Source of the DNA: Chara braunii
Lineage: Eukaryota; Plantae; Charophyceae
DNA length: 64,000 nt
NCBI GenBank assembly: GCA_003427395.1
Contig: BFEA01000004.1
Location: forward strand, 2,586,579 to 2,650,578
Direction: 5' to 3'
Positions 49,801-61,761 of this stretch are shown one piece after another. Made by a program: the position numbers and the translations under genes. A model generated the notes under the pieces. That model saw only the letters and a program-made list of their open reading frames with translations, did not search any database and was not told the DNA's origin. Each line of letters opens with the position of its first letter. Position 1 is the stretch's first letter.

Positions 49801-51418
49801 CTAAATGAGCGACAAGGCCCATGCTTTGGCAGATACTACACAGAGCGGATACGTGCCAATAGGTTCGCAGATGCCTGGAGCAGATGCCTGGAGCACGACA
49901 AGACCTGACAATCCCGAGGTATCTGCTGGTTCGTGATACACACGAGGAGGATCTCATCAGGAGTGCAGCGTGACTTTTACGAGTTCGAAATGGATCTCCT
50001 ATCGACTGGTTCGGCTTCATTGGACTGCATCAAAATGGCGAGGGATTTTCCCCTAATACTCGCACGGATTTTCTAGCCAACACGGCTCGGACTCCCGACG
50101 AGCTTTACGAATATACTTTGTTTTTCACCACGCGAGTAACCTCCAACGTCTCTCTCGAGTCATTGTGAGTATTACGATTACCTCGTCCGGCAGACGTCTT
50201 GGCATCGTCCGGATCCGGGACACAGAGACTCGACACCTATTTGGACTTAGTCGACCTCTCCGAGTTATAGTTTGGAGGTTAGCCTTTCGGATGACCTCCT
50301 TCTATAATACTCGAATCATTAGAGTCATGCGATGTGGACGAGTGTCTACTCTGATTTTTGACGACGACGAGCTGACACGTTTAGATTTGTTGGAGGCACA
50401 GGTGCGTGGCGGGCGACAGGTTTACCAGGGTTAGACGTCATCTTCTGAAATCTTACTCAGATTTAAGAAAACACTTCGCATGGACTCAGTCCCGTTGAGG
50501 AAACCATATTTCACGAGGTAATCTAAAAACAAAACAAAACATTCTGTGTAGTTAGGACCGCCAGATGGATAGTATTCGGACTACCCCGATGATTTCACTA
50601 TCATGCTTTGGCATTGAGGGGTAAATACATAGGTAAGGAAAAAGTTAATAAAAGTAAACCGGAAGGCGTTTGAAATATGATCTTGAAAGGCAAACAAATT
50701 TAAACGTCAATTTATAAAATAAGCTTGCTATATTAACAAAGAGAAGAAAAACCATAAGCATGACCTCTTTTCATCAGACCAAAACCTATCAAAAAGTTGT
50801 GTTATAATTGTCAAGTTGGATGATTGAAAGAATAACTTTTATGTGTATTGTTTTGTGATTTTCGTCTGAATAAATTATAGATATATCTATGTTTGTATGT
50901 AGAAACTGAAAGCAAGGGACTAGGGTGAAATTGTTGTTTGTTTTTATACTTGATTAAAAATCGCTCTAGTCGACCGGCGTACGCTCCATCCTTAGGAGAT
51001 CAGCGCCCTAAGTGACGGACGACGTCCGAGTCCACAGACGTTTAATCACGTACACCTATACTACAGCGTACGAGCAAACGCTCTCGGCTGATCCACCTCT
51101 GTGATAGCATTTAAAAGTTTTCGCATGTGGATCGGTAACTCGGTAGGGATACGCCCCTAAGTGTGGTGACAACCTCTTAGGGAAGACAAACTCATGCCCC
51201 GCGGAAACCTATCCTGTCGTAGGGGACCGCGGGACGTACAGCTGGCGCACCCGGCTAGAGCGGCGAAGGATCGACGCGACCGCGCACCCGTCTCGGCGGC
51301 TCGCTGCATTAATTATGCGTCGCTTCCGAGTTGTCTTTCTTTATGTTTTCTGGTTTTTCTCCTGCGTAACATGGCCGGGAGGGCCCTCGTTCACGCGAGG
51401 GCCGATGCGCTCAACATG

Positions 51419-51436
51419 TGGCGTCGTTGTTGGGGA
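51419..51436 (+). promoter_or_regulatory. Primer binding site, tRNA-Asp type
   Basis: TGGCGTCGTTGTTGGGGA vs the Asp PBS TGGCGCCGTTGCCGGGGA (three C>T changes), 2 nt after CA. Confidence 0.8.
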
Positions 51437-51584
51437 TAACGGCAAACTACCGTTGTCCCTAGTGGAACGACACTCGGATAAAAAAATATTAAGAAAATTA
51501 CAACTAAGGATTATTTTTGTTTTTGTTTCCAGATGGAAGACCGCTAAAAATTTACAGAGATAAGAAAAATTAGTTGAAATATGG

Positions 51585-54401
51585 ATGTGTGATGTTATTG
51601 TTTTTGTGTCACTCAAGCTGCTGGACGGGAGTGACGGTGAGAGGAGGAAGGACACTAAGGAACTAGCCAAGGCAATTGAAGAATCAGCCATACAACGTGA
51701 TCAAAATCCAAAAGTGGATGTGCCACTGTTTGATGGCAATAATGCCTCAGGCTGGGTCGAGAAGTTTGAACAGTTAGCCAGTTGTCGAGAATGGACAGAT
51801 AAGGAAATGTTATAGAAGGTGAAAAAATATTGTAAGGTAGCATATAAGGAGGAATTGGTAGCCCTGGTAAACGAGTCAAAAAACTGGGCGGAGTTCAAGG
51901 AGAAATTACTGGATAAATACCAACTGGAAGAACAATTATTAGATTTAGCTGACCTCCGAAAAGTTGTTCGGCGGGAATTCGGGTCAGCCAAGCAATTCTT
52001 GAGAGAGTTTGAACGAGTTGCTCGACTGATACCTGACTTGCATGATAAGGACAAATGCCTTATATTCCTAAACAACTTTTCAGCGGTTGAGTGGAGAGAG
52101 TTAATGAAGGACATGCAGGGGAAATATGATTGGCTAAAGATAAAAAACAATGTCCTAGCGGGAAGCTTTGACCAGATGCTTTACAGGTTATTAAAGCAGC
52201 GTAAGGAGGACCGCGAAAAGGAGGATGTTCGTAAGGATAAGGATCGCGAAGTCTTCAAAACCCTGTCAGAAATTAAGGGAATGATAGCCGATATGCGTGA
52301 AGAACGTTTGAAGTTCGAATTAATGATAGTTAAAGCGAAAGGAAGCAAAAGAAAAGGAAAAGAAGTTTATCTTGGGAGTAGTAGTGAAAGTGAAAGCGGG
52401 GAAGAGGAGCCTCCAAGGAAATTGACAAAGGCTGAAAGAAAAGCCTTAAATCAACTTCGAGGAGGTTAGGGAACGTTCAAAAAGCAGGGAAAGAATGGAG
52501 GGAAAGGTGAAAATGACCAGACGCAACCAGAACAATTCCAGCCCAGACCAAGCCAGCAACAAGCTGAGGGAGGTCAAGGACGAGACCGAGGAAATTATGG
52601 GGGACGCGGGAATTGGGCTAAGGACTTCACGTGCAAATTCTGTGACCAAAAGGGACATATTATGCGATTTTGACAGATTCTTGCCAAAGACGAGGCTGAA
52701 GGCTACGTATTCACCACTATTCGCAGGGAGGTCTTCGATTTTAAGGGGAATTTCATTGACCCCAACATCGAAGGGGGTATCAGAAAAGAAGCCTTCCGGC
52801 GTATGGGTCGCAGCATACCTGCTACCTTCAGGTTGGCCTCGCCTGAAGAAGAAGAGTCCTTTCAATTAGAAGAGGCATTTCAGTCCTTGCAAATTGATGA
52901 GCCGGAAATGGAATTGGGAGAGCTGACAGAACAGGGCGAGGCACTTGTCCAGAGAACGAAGAAAGTTACAAAGAAAATGAGACAATGTCGAGATGAAATT
53001 GTTCAGTTATGTCTTGATATGGATGAGGAATGGCCAGGCTTTCCAAATGTATATCTATTTGGAGGATGGGATAAATCATACAATGCTCCTTCGACTGCAC
53101 CAGAATCTTCACATGGTCCAAGACCCATGACTGCCACATTAATGTCACGACTAGTTTTTAAACTTATGGCTCCGACAACATTACCACAGATACGAAAGGC
53201 CCGGAGAACATTAGCTAAGAGAGCAGCGGCAGAAGGCGCCTCCAAGGAACCTGTCGAAGAAGTCCTCATCCCAGACGAAGAAAAAAACGACTCTGAGAAA
53301 GAAGACGAAAGGTTGCATGCAGAGGATGAACAACAAGCCAAACATCGTGCTTCTGAGCGTGAGACTGAAAAAGAGAAGGAAGTTGTTGAGGAAGAAGAGT
53401 CGCTACGAAAGAAGAACGTTTATACAATCCCTATTGAAAAGGGGATTGATATTGAGCAGATTGTCGACCGGATTTTGGAGAGTCAGCGTGACTTAGTCAC
53501 GCTAAAGGAATTTTTGGCCGCATCTTCAAAGATCCACGACGAGCTCAAGCAACGATTGACAAGGAGGAAGGTAATAACTGTCAAGATTGAAGACATTATT
53601 CCTCCAGAAGTTAATTGGGCACCTGCAGGAACTAAGATGGATTGGCGATGCGTTGCCATTGGACTGTTGAAGGTACACGTGGGACAGGGTGAGTTCTCTG
53701 CTCTCGTTGACGATGGTGCAGAAATGAATATTATACGAGAGAAAGAAGCAATCGAGGCAGGAATTTGGATCAATCGATCTGATACTGGATTTCTAGTGGG
53801 TGCGAGTGGATCAATTCCCTTTTGTGGCACGACAAGTGATGTCACAGTCGCGGTAGGAAAGGTGAAAGCTGGAAGCTACTTTTGTGTTCTACCCAGAGTA
53901 GAACACGAGGTATTATTGAGAAGATTTTTTCTGTGCCGAACTGAGAGCATCATCTTCAATAAGCATGATGGCTCAATGTTTGTCGCCTTGTGTGACCCTG
54001 TGTGTGAATATTATGAAGTAAGAAAATGTGAAAACACAAGGCCAACAAATTCCAGAAATCGGCTCAATCCGGGATCTTACTCTTTCTTGGAATCAGAAAA
54101 GCTAAGGCGAGAGAAAAATTCATTTGAGGGTTATGAGGAACCGAGAGAATTCTCTATTGCCCTGCCCAACATCTCGCAGGCAATAGATTTTCTTTCGACA
54201 GAAGTCTCGGTTGATCCAGGATTGGTTCAGGCATTGGCCGATGTGATATGTGATGTGGGAGGCGCAGGGAACATGACCTTAATATATCGTTTTGACACAC
54301 CTCTAGAGGCAAGTACACTAGTTACTCCTGCATCCAAGCAGAGTCTTTTTTTAGAGGACGGAAGTTGGCCACAGGATCAAAGCGCAAGCATAAGAAAGTA
54401 G
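51585..54401 (+). pseudogene. gag: gag-protease reading frame with in-frame stops
   Basis: VPLFDGNNASGWVEKFE capsid-like motif, CKFCDQKGHIMRF* zinc knuckle ~52630, ALVDDGAEMNII aspartic protease; all in one frame. Confidence 0.85.
54347..54353 (+). promoter_or_regulatory. Candidate -1 ribosomal frameshift heptamer T TTT TTA
   Basis: Correctly phased in the gag-PR frame; the -1 frame leads through KHKKVGVKA*PV into the RT ORF at 54485. Confidence 0.65.
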
Positions 54402-54484
54402 GGGTAAAAGCGTAGCCCGTGCCTGTCTTGATCACCCAGGAACAAGAAATTTATTACAAAGAGGAGAGAGAATAAGTCAAGACA

Positions 54485-56882
54485 ATGAAGATAAAGGCAG
54501 AAGAAGGACTGTGTCGATTAACAGAAGGCAGAATCAAGGAAATGATCATTGGAGATGATGAATTTCTTACCAAGGCAGAAACTGACTTCCTCGTAAGTAC
54601 TTTAAAGGATTTACATCTGGCGTATGCCTTTGATGATAACGATCGAGGAAGGTTGGATGTCGATATTATTCCAATGATCAGGATACATACAGTACCGCTT
54701 GAGCCATGGAACGTAAGAGGTTCGCGATATCCGAATCCAGATGATCACCGGAAAGTGATTGAGTATTTGGACGGGAAGATTCAGACGAAAGTAACAGACT
54801 ATTCTTATGGGTCATATGCATCTCCTTGGTTCTGTTTTATTAAACCGAACGAGGTCTTCAGATGGGTCCAGGATCTGCAAAGGTTGAAAGCAGTGACGGT
54901 TCGAGATGCAGGTGGGCTTCCACATGCAAATCTACTGTCGGAATCATGTGCAGGTCGATCTATCATAACATTGATTGATTTGTATTCTGGTTATGATCAA
55001 TTCCCCTTGTATACAGCAGACAGACCAATGACGGCAATGCATACACCTAGGGGATTGATTTATATGTGTTCAACACCTCAAGGTTGGACAAATGCCGTCG
55101 CGATTGTACAACGGTATATGATGAGGGTCATGCAGCCACTTTGTCCTGAAGTGACCTCTCCATATATCGATGATTTGGCTATTCCAGGACCTCGTGAGAA
55201 AAATGAGACAGAAGTGTTACCAGACATTCGCAGGTTTGCCTGGGAACATGTACGCGATGTGAAAAAGGTTTTGCGAAAGCTAAAGGAATATAACCTCACA
55301 GCTAGTGGTGTCAATACAGACACTGCATGCGAGAGGCGACCATTCTGGGATTTTTATGTAATGAGAAAGGTCGTAGGCCGGACGCAAAAAAAACGAATAA
55401 AATTTTGGAATGACCGACACCTTATAAATTTATCACGGATGTACGAAGTTTTATTGAGACTTGTGGATTTTGGCGTATCTTAATCCAAAGGTTTGCAGCA
55501 AGGGCAGAACACCTTAGGAAATTGATACGCAAAAATCAGGATTGGGAATGAGGACCCAGACAACAGGCAGCAGTGAATGACATGAAGGCTGCATTTCGGC
55601 AAGGTGAGATGATCCTCGACGTTCCTTGTTTTGACAACGATCCGAATCGACCCTTCATTGTGGAAACAGACGCAGGGCCTACAACCCTGGGTGGTGTCCT
55701 AATTCAAAAAGATAGGGAAGGGCGAGAGCGACCGTTGAGATTTGAAAGTCGAACTCTGAATACCGCCGAGCGTAATTATTCTCCATTCAAGAAGGAAACA
55801 CTAGCTGTCCTTCATTGACTTCGTACATTCAGGAATTACGTATTTGGAAGGAGGTTTGTTTTGAGAGTGGATCCGACAGCTTTGGCTAAATCAGTAAGGA
55901 AACTCTCTCCTTCGGATCCAATTGTTGCTCGATGGTTAACGTATATTTGGATGTTTGATTTTGAGATTGAGCGTATCTCGGGTGCACAAAATCGGGCTGA
56001 TGGATTGAGTCGAATCGAATGGGATTCATCTAAGGACCAGATCGAGGATTCAATCCCTGTGGATAATTTTCTGGATAAGGAGGAGTATCGATTGACTATT
56101 AATTTTATTAGCTATTTGGAAGATGCTTCGTCCCGATTGGGAAATCCATTTGGAACGCGCCAAATTCTTAGCAAGTGCGTTCTGAACTGGTAATGAGTGA
56201 TGCTTTTGTTGAAGAAGACCCTTGGGGAGAGAGAAATGCAGAGCAAATGATGAGTCTAGCATTATCTGACTCAGTCAACATCACAGACGAACCCCTGACA
56301 ATTGAGGGAGGTTACGATCAAATTGATAAAGCCTCTAGAATATGTGCAAATTTGTTATTTCTTGTGAATTTCTTAATTCAAGATGATGGTCGAAGAAGGA
56401 AGCAATGAAATCAGAGAAGTCTTTCGTAAGAATGAATATGATGAAATCTATGAGAAGATTGGGTTATGGTTGAATGGGGAAGTTGATGAAAATGAGGTGG
56501 AACCAGAAGTTCGCTTGAAGAGTAAAAATTTTGTTATCTGATATGGTCATCTTTTCAAAAAGTCTGATAATGGTGTGGGAGGACGAGACAACTTCACGTG
56601 ATTGCCGCACTACATGATGGAGTTGCCGGTGGTCACAGGTCGGCACGAGTTACCTTACGAAAGATTCAACATCTCTATTTCTGGGAAGGAATGACAAAAA
56701 TGGTTGTTGAATTTTGTAATTCCTGCATTCTTTGTCAAAAAAACTTTCGGTATATTGAACCTCTTAATCCTCGATACGTGGTAGAGCCAGGAACTGTGAT
56801 CCATCTCGATTTATTGGTGATGCCACGTGGAATTAATGGATACAAATATATCTTTGATGCCAGAGATAACTTGACCGGCTTC
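54485..56882 (+). pseudogene. pol: pol: reverse transcriptase, RNase H and integrase N-terminal part
   Basis: YASPWF, DLYSGYDQ, PQG, YIDD; PFIVETDAG; NRADGLSR; LHDGVAGGH..CILCQ; HLDLL..DNLTGF. Confidence 0.93.
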
Positions 56883-56896
56883 GAGATGGATACATT

Positions 56897-56969
56897 GCAT
56901 TCTTAGCTCAGCTGGATAGAGTAACAACCTTCTAAGTTGAAGGTCACAGGTTCAAATCCTGTAGGATGA
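56897..56969 (+). tRNA. trnR: Mitochondrial-derived tRNA-Arg(UCU), NUMT copy
   Basis: GCATTCTTAGCTCAGCTGGATAGAG...CTTCTAA...GGTTCAAATCCTGTAGGATG. Confidence 0.85.
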
Positions 56970-56979
56970 TGAATTATTC

Positions 56980-57066
56980 GGCAGAGTAGCTGAATGGTTA
57001 AAAGCGACAGACTGTAAATCTGATGAAGGCTATATTTCTACATAGGTTCGAATTTTGCCCTTCCCA
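56980..57066 (+). pseudogene. trnY: Mitochondrial-derived tRNA-Tyr(GUA), degenerate
   Basis: CAGA-CTGTAAA-TCTG anticodon arm, long variable arm, mismatched stems. Confidence 0.8.
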
Positions 57067-57239
57067 CTTAGTGCGAATTTGATATAACAAGCACTGACTC
57101 CTAGTGCAACCTCATAAAAAGCTATGAAACAAAGACCTGAAGAAATTGAAACACAATTGGTTGTTACCAAGGCAGCCTCTTCGTGAATGAAGAAAACGAC
57201 GAAACGCGTCTGCTACTAAACTACCGAGTAGAGGTGTCA

Positions 57240-57428
57240 TTCATGAATGCTCGACACATCAAATAAGTCGTGTCTGTCTCGTTGCAGACATCTGCAATGT
57301 CTCACTTGACTACGCCAAAGTGGGCAATTCATTCGGTGACTTGCACAATCGCCCTCACTAAACCAACAAGAATCTGGACTTCGATTCACATTAAGTCTTA
57401 CTACGATTGGATTGATTTTTTGTACCAT
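57240..57428 (-). pseudogene. rps3: NUMT: rps3 exon 1 (74 nt) plus the start of group II intron rps3i74
   Basis: [24 protein letters not shown] then GGGCG exactly after nt 74. Confidence 0.85.
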
Positions 57429-58199
57429 TATTTGCTTGTCTTTTTTTGTTTTGTTTTTGATCCATTTGTTGACATAAGACTTCTTGCACGGTTTGTTTAC
57501 AAGTTGGTGCGCAGCGTGTAATCATATCATTTATACATGATTCTTCAATCATTTGTATACTTGAACGCAAACTAATATTACGTAATTCATGTTGTTTTAA
57601 AAACTCTTGACAGCAGAGCCTCTTGAGATTTCATGAGTTGTTGTAATTCCGAAACAACAGATTCGTTTCTTCCTTCAAAAGTAGCCTTGAAAGTTTCGTC
57701 AAAAGTTTTTTGACTAAATAAAACAAATATCGTAATTTTTTAAAAATAATGTGTGAAATTTAAAGTATTGACTGATTAAATATTAACAAGAAATTAAATT
57801 TAGACATACCAGAAGAAAAAAATAAATCAGTTCCTCAAGACTTTATAGCAGCAATTAATTCTCTTATCATTTTTTTTAAAAAAATAGTCAATTAACCATC
57901 TACTTTGTCATGCTTTCCTAAAATGACGCTTACCATGATTCTCATTTGAAACAATATCAATGGTAGCTCGAACATTGAGAATTTATAGTCGTTAACACGC
58001 CTGAGGGTAACCGCAACCTTACGGTTATCTCATGAAGTGTTTTCTGTGATTTCTTGGACGAAGCAACTTTGTTGACGAGCCCGTGGGATTCAGACGCGAA
58101 ACGTGTGCTCTTTGAGGCTTTGTCAATGTGAAGAACGTTATGTGCTAAGAAATGGAATCCTTCTCCCGTAGTGACTATGCGAGTTTGATCAGACACTCT

Positions 58200-58380
58200 T
58201 GTTGTTATTTGTTTGGTAATCCAGATAATTACAAACATTTTTTTAGCAATGCGTTATACACCTCATGTAGATTTAACTTTCTACAATGTATAACATATTA
58301 TGAGAGATGTTCAAGGAGGCTGGCTACTTCAATATATGCATGCCAATGGAGCAAGTATGTGGGCGCCCGTTAGGTTACCC
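58200..58380 (+). pseudogene. cob: NUMT: cob fragment plus group II intron start (cobi274 position)
   Basis: HIMRDVQGGWLLQYMHANGASM+T followed by GGGCGCCCGT. Confidence 0.88.
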
Positions 58381-58387
58381 TCGAAAA

Positions 58388-58524
58388 ATGTGATTACTAT
58401 TGGAACATATTTACAAGTGTTTGATAATTCATGTGCAAAAATCGTACAGTGCATCAAAATCCTGCATCCTTTCAAAAAACAAAGAGTTATTATATGTGAT
58501 ATTATAATAGTGTCTTTGAAATAG
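58388..58524 (+). pseudogene. rpl14: NUMT: rpl14 5' fragment
   Basis: ITIGTYLQVFDNSCAKIVQCIKIL..DIIIVSLK. Confidence 0.8.
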
Positions 58525-58642
58525 GCACAAAGTGACAATAATAACGTAAGAGTTTTTTGTTTTACATCAGTTAATGGAGGCTACGCTGTAGCAATTGGTA
58601 ACAGTTGCATTAATTTAATTAACAAAAAACAAAACTACAAAT

Positions 58643-58715
58643 ATGCCTACAATGAATCAATTAATTCGTCATGGTAGAGAATTAAAATGACGTATGCAAT
58701 GTACTCGAGTTTTAA
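58643..58715 (+). pseudogene. rps12: NUMT: rps12 5' fragment
   Basis: MPTMNQLIRHGRE. Confidence 0.85.
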
Positions 58716-58723
58716 GTAAGCGT

Positions 58724-58800
58724 TAATTACCTCCCAACCAATAAATAGATACAAATAGAAATAACCAAACCACATCAACAAAATGCCAATACCAAGCGGC
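58724..58800 (-). pseudogene. cox3: NUMT: cox3 3' end
   Basis: [25 protein letters not shown]. Confidence 0.92.
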
Positions 58801-58804
58801 AACT

Positions 58805-59130
58805 TTAAACTTGAAATGGTGTCTTCGAGTAAGTATCTCGGTTCAAAATTCTCGTTTGCAAAACCGTAACAACATTATTCAATTTGAGTTTTCGACCTAG
58901 TGTGGCCACGACGGAATATTGTATGATACATTGAATACGATACAGCTTGAAACGATTTTGTACAAAACTATAATAATTACAAACACCTTGCAGAATCTGA
59001 TTAATTTTTTGAAGAATCTTTGTAATATCCAAGTTCACCCATGCCAATTTGGTATGTGGTTTACCCTACATAAGTTGCGCCCCTCAACGACTACACGCCA
59101 GACATCCCTACTTGGGATGATGATATAATC
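58805..59130 (-). pseudogene. NUMT: group II intron maturase domain X fragment
   Basis: ILQGVCNYYSFVQN..IIQYSVVATLGRKLK. Confidence 0.8.
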
Positions 59131-59381
59131 TGAACTTTATGACGATACGAAGGAGGAAGGTCTCGGTTGAAATGATGTTCAAAGTTTACGCAATGTTCGA
59201 TCAACAGGAAACCACAACAAATACAGTCGCTCGCCCTAGCTAGTGACCGCCGAGTTTGACAAAAAAAATACTAAATAAAACAGTAGTAGCTAAAAAGAGA
59301 AAATAGAAGTTAATTGTGGCTCATAAATAGTAATATGAAGTGATAATGGTCAATTGATTTTCATGTCAATTTACTTTAAAC

Positions 59382-59790
59382 CTGTGTTGCACGGCGTACG
59401 TGTACGCGGGTTGCGTGTACACATGTACACGTATTCCTATACGCGACACGTACCCCCGTACACGTACTCCCGTACGTGGGAATATGTAAAAAAAAAAAAA
59501 AAAAAAATCATCAGAAAAATATTTAAAAAAATTATGTTATGAAAAATGATATTTCAAACAACGTTTGTCCAAGACTCATGGCCAAATTCTGCACATAATT
59601 CGAGTAAAAAATCAAAGACACAAAACATAAATAAATTGAAATAAAAAAGTTTAAAAATTAGAAAAAAACAGAAAAAATAAAAACAAACTTCTGTAACAAA
59701 TACATGTTATGCAGAAACATGATACAAACAACTTTTTCCAACATAAGAAATATTTTAAAGTAATATTCTCCCCAATCTAACTCGAGTAAG

Positions 59791-59822
<32 letters not shown>

Positions 59823-60076
59823 TATTATCATAATAATTAAAAAAAATATTTTAAATTTTTCTTTAAGGTTTTGTATTTGTAAATCAAGATTGGTTGGGAA
59901 TTCGGGCATGACTCCTAAGTAAAGGTTGTTTGTATCATTATTCTGCACAACATTGTTTTTTATAGATTTTTTAGATTTTTTAGATTTTTTTTTATTTTTT
60001 TTTTACGTACGCATACGCGCGATTTCGGGTTCGTACGCGTATGCTGGAATACGTACGCGTACACCGTGCAACACAA
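59382..60076. mobile_element. AT-rich non-autonomous hAT-like element
   Basis: TIR TGTGTTGCACGG/CCGTGCAACACA, 8-bp TSD CTTTAAAC/ATTTAAAC, CGTACG subterminal repeats. Confidence 0.8.
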
Positions 60077-60185
60077 ATTTAAACTTCTTGTACAATCCTG
60101 TCCTGGAAGCATGATACTCCCAGTGGACGTTTTTGGTTTTTCCCAGGTTTTGGCGGAAGACGAGTTCTTCCCTGCTCAAATTATT

Positions 60186-60330
60186 CACCCAACTGTTCAT
60201 GGTGTTTTAAGATTAGCTTTCAAAATGAATGGATGAGTGGTGGAACGTGCTGAACAACATATTGGTTTACTTCATAGAGGTACGAAAAAATTAATTGAAT
60301 ATAAAACCTATCTACAAGCTTTGCCTTATA
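60186..60330 (+). pseudogene. nad7: NUMT: nad7 fragment
   Basis: [37 protein letters not shown]. Confidence 0.92.
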
Positions 60331-60616
60331 TTCGAGGAGTGAAAAACTTACGAGGAATTCCTAACTATCAAAATATGGTACTAGAAAACCCTAAATTCAA
60401 ATATGAACCGAAAAATCTCACAAGTCTCACTTTTCGAGCCGTTGATTTTAGAGAATTGTAAGGTACAACAAAGTTTGATTGCAACGGTTGCCCGTTCACT
60501 CGTCCAGTCTACTAAAGTGTCCACCAAACCGTGCAAGATGTCATACACCACACGACATAGATAGACGACCGGCGGAAGAGGGATTCAAACCCCCGACATG
60601 CGAATTATGATTCCAC

Positions 60617-61700
60617 TGTCGAGCGTATAGGTCCGGCACCGCACAAGGCAGCACGGGACCCTCCCGGCCGCGTCACTCAAGATTTGGTCTGATCCTCATC
60701 GAAAATGCATATGAAGCTTTCGCAAACCGCTCCGGCCGAGTGCGCCAACCATACCTCTCGCAAGCCCTTACGACATGATAGAGCCTACGCGAGGCATGCC
60801 TTACCTCCACCTTACGGGAGTTGTCACCTCCCTTAGGTGGGCGTAACCCCCTCGAGCTACCAGTCCACAATACGAAAGATGATCAGGCGCAATCGCAGAG
60901 GTGGACCAGCCGAGGGCGTTTCTCATACGTTGTAGCATAGGGGTACTCGCAGTATTGCACCTCTATCGGACCCGCGCGCGAACCGACATCTTGGGGGGGC
61001 TGAGGTCCGAAGCATGACTCGTCGTCGGTCGACTAGGACGCATCCCACACTCCACACGCACACTACTCTAAAGAACATAAAAATAAGAACACACATACAT
61101 ACTCATACATATATAGAACGACATAGAACAAACAACTCGACAACACTCCTAGTCCCTTAGTAGCCATCCCATAACTCTCCGACGCTGGAATCGGATATGC
61201 GTCTCGTGCGAGACTTAGTATAAAACCGCGCGGGCAAAGGGTCTTATCATATCGACTAGCAATGCATGAATACGCAGGCAGTCGCAGTGATGGCGTACTA
61301 TGTAGTGTCCATAATCAAGCGGTCCTTCGTGGATCCGAGTACCGCTTATGACACTCGAGTATCAGACTCGAAGTATCGTGAGGGTTTACCCCCTCACGAT
61401 ATTGCACGGTTGAAGGAATAGTCGTGCGGCCGCCTCGATATCTCCAGCCTTTAGGCTGAGTGTCCCGGCAGGCAGGACAAATAGACTCTGCCCGAGGGTT
61501 AATCCCTTCCATGCGGAGTCTAGGGTCTGGGATGTCCTGGACAGGGACCTTGAATCCCAGTCCAGGGCGAACGTCCGACTAAGAATCTTTTAAGAAGCAT
61601 AACACAATTAGAGGGGTTTTATTTCCTTTCTCAGTCTTAACCTCAATTAAACCCTTAAGCGTAGGCCCTTCAAGCCACGCAAATACCCAATATAGATATT

Positions 61701-61761
<61 letters not shown>

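Larger units (their letters stand above)
45953..51416 (+). repeat. Putative giant 5' LTR (~5.5 kb including a gap)
   Basis: Starts TGT at an abrupt NUMT boundary, ends ACA 2 nt before the PBS; 3' end homologous to the inverted LTR end at 60617; no second LTR to confirm the 5' start. Confidence 0.5.
45953..56882 (+). mobile_element. Decayed Ty3/Gypsy LTR retrotransposon, 3'-truncated inside integrase
   Basis: LTR end CAACA at 51416, PBS, domain order gag-CCHC-PR-RT-RH-INT; many TAG/TGA stops; the 5' boundary is inferred. Confidence 0.85.
56883..60616. other. Mosaic NUMT cluster 2
   Basis: trnR, trnY, nad5, rps19-rps3, atp4, cob, rpl14, rps1, rps12, cox3, maturase X, nad7 and tRNA(CAU) fragments in mixed orientation. 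Confidence 0.9.

Noticed and set aside
60617-60988. Short plus-strand LTR (TGTCG...CGACA)
   Set aside because: Homology to 50915-51416 extends past 60988 and shows it is the inverted end of a longer LTR
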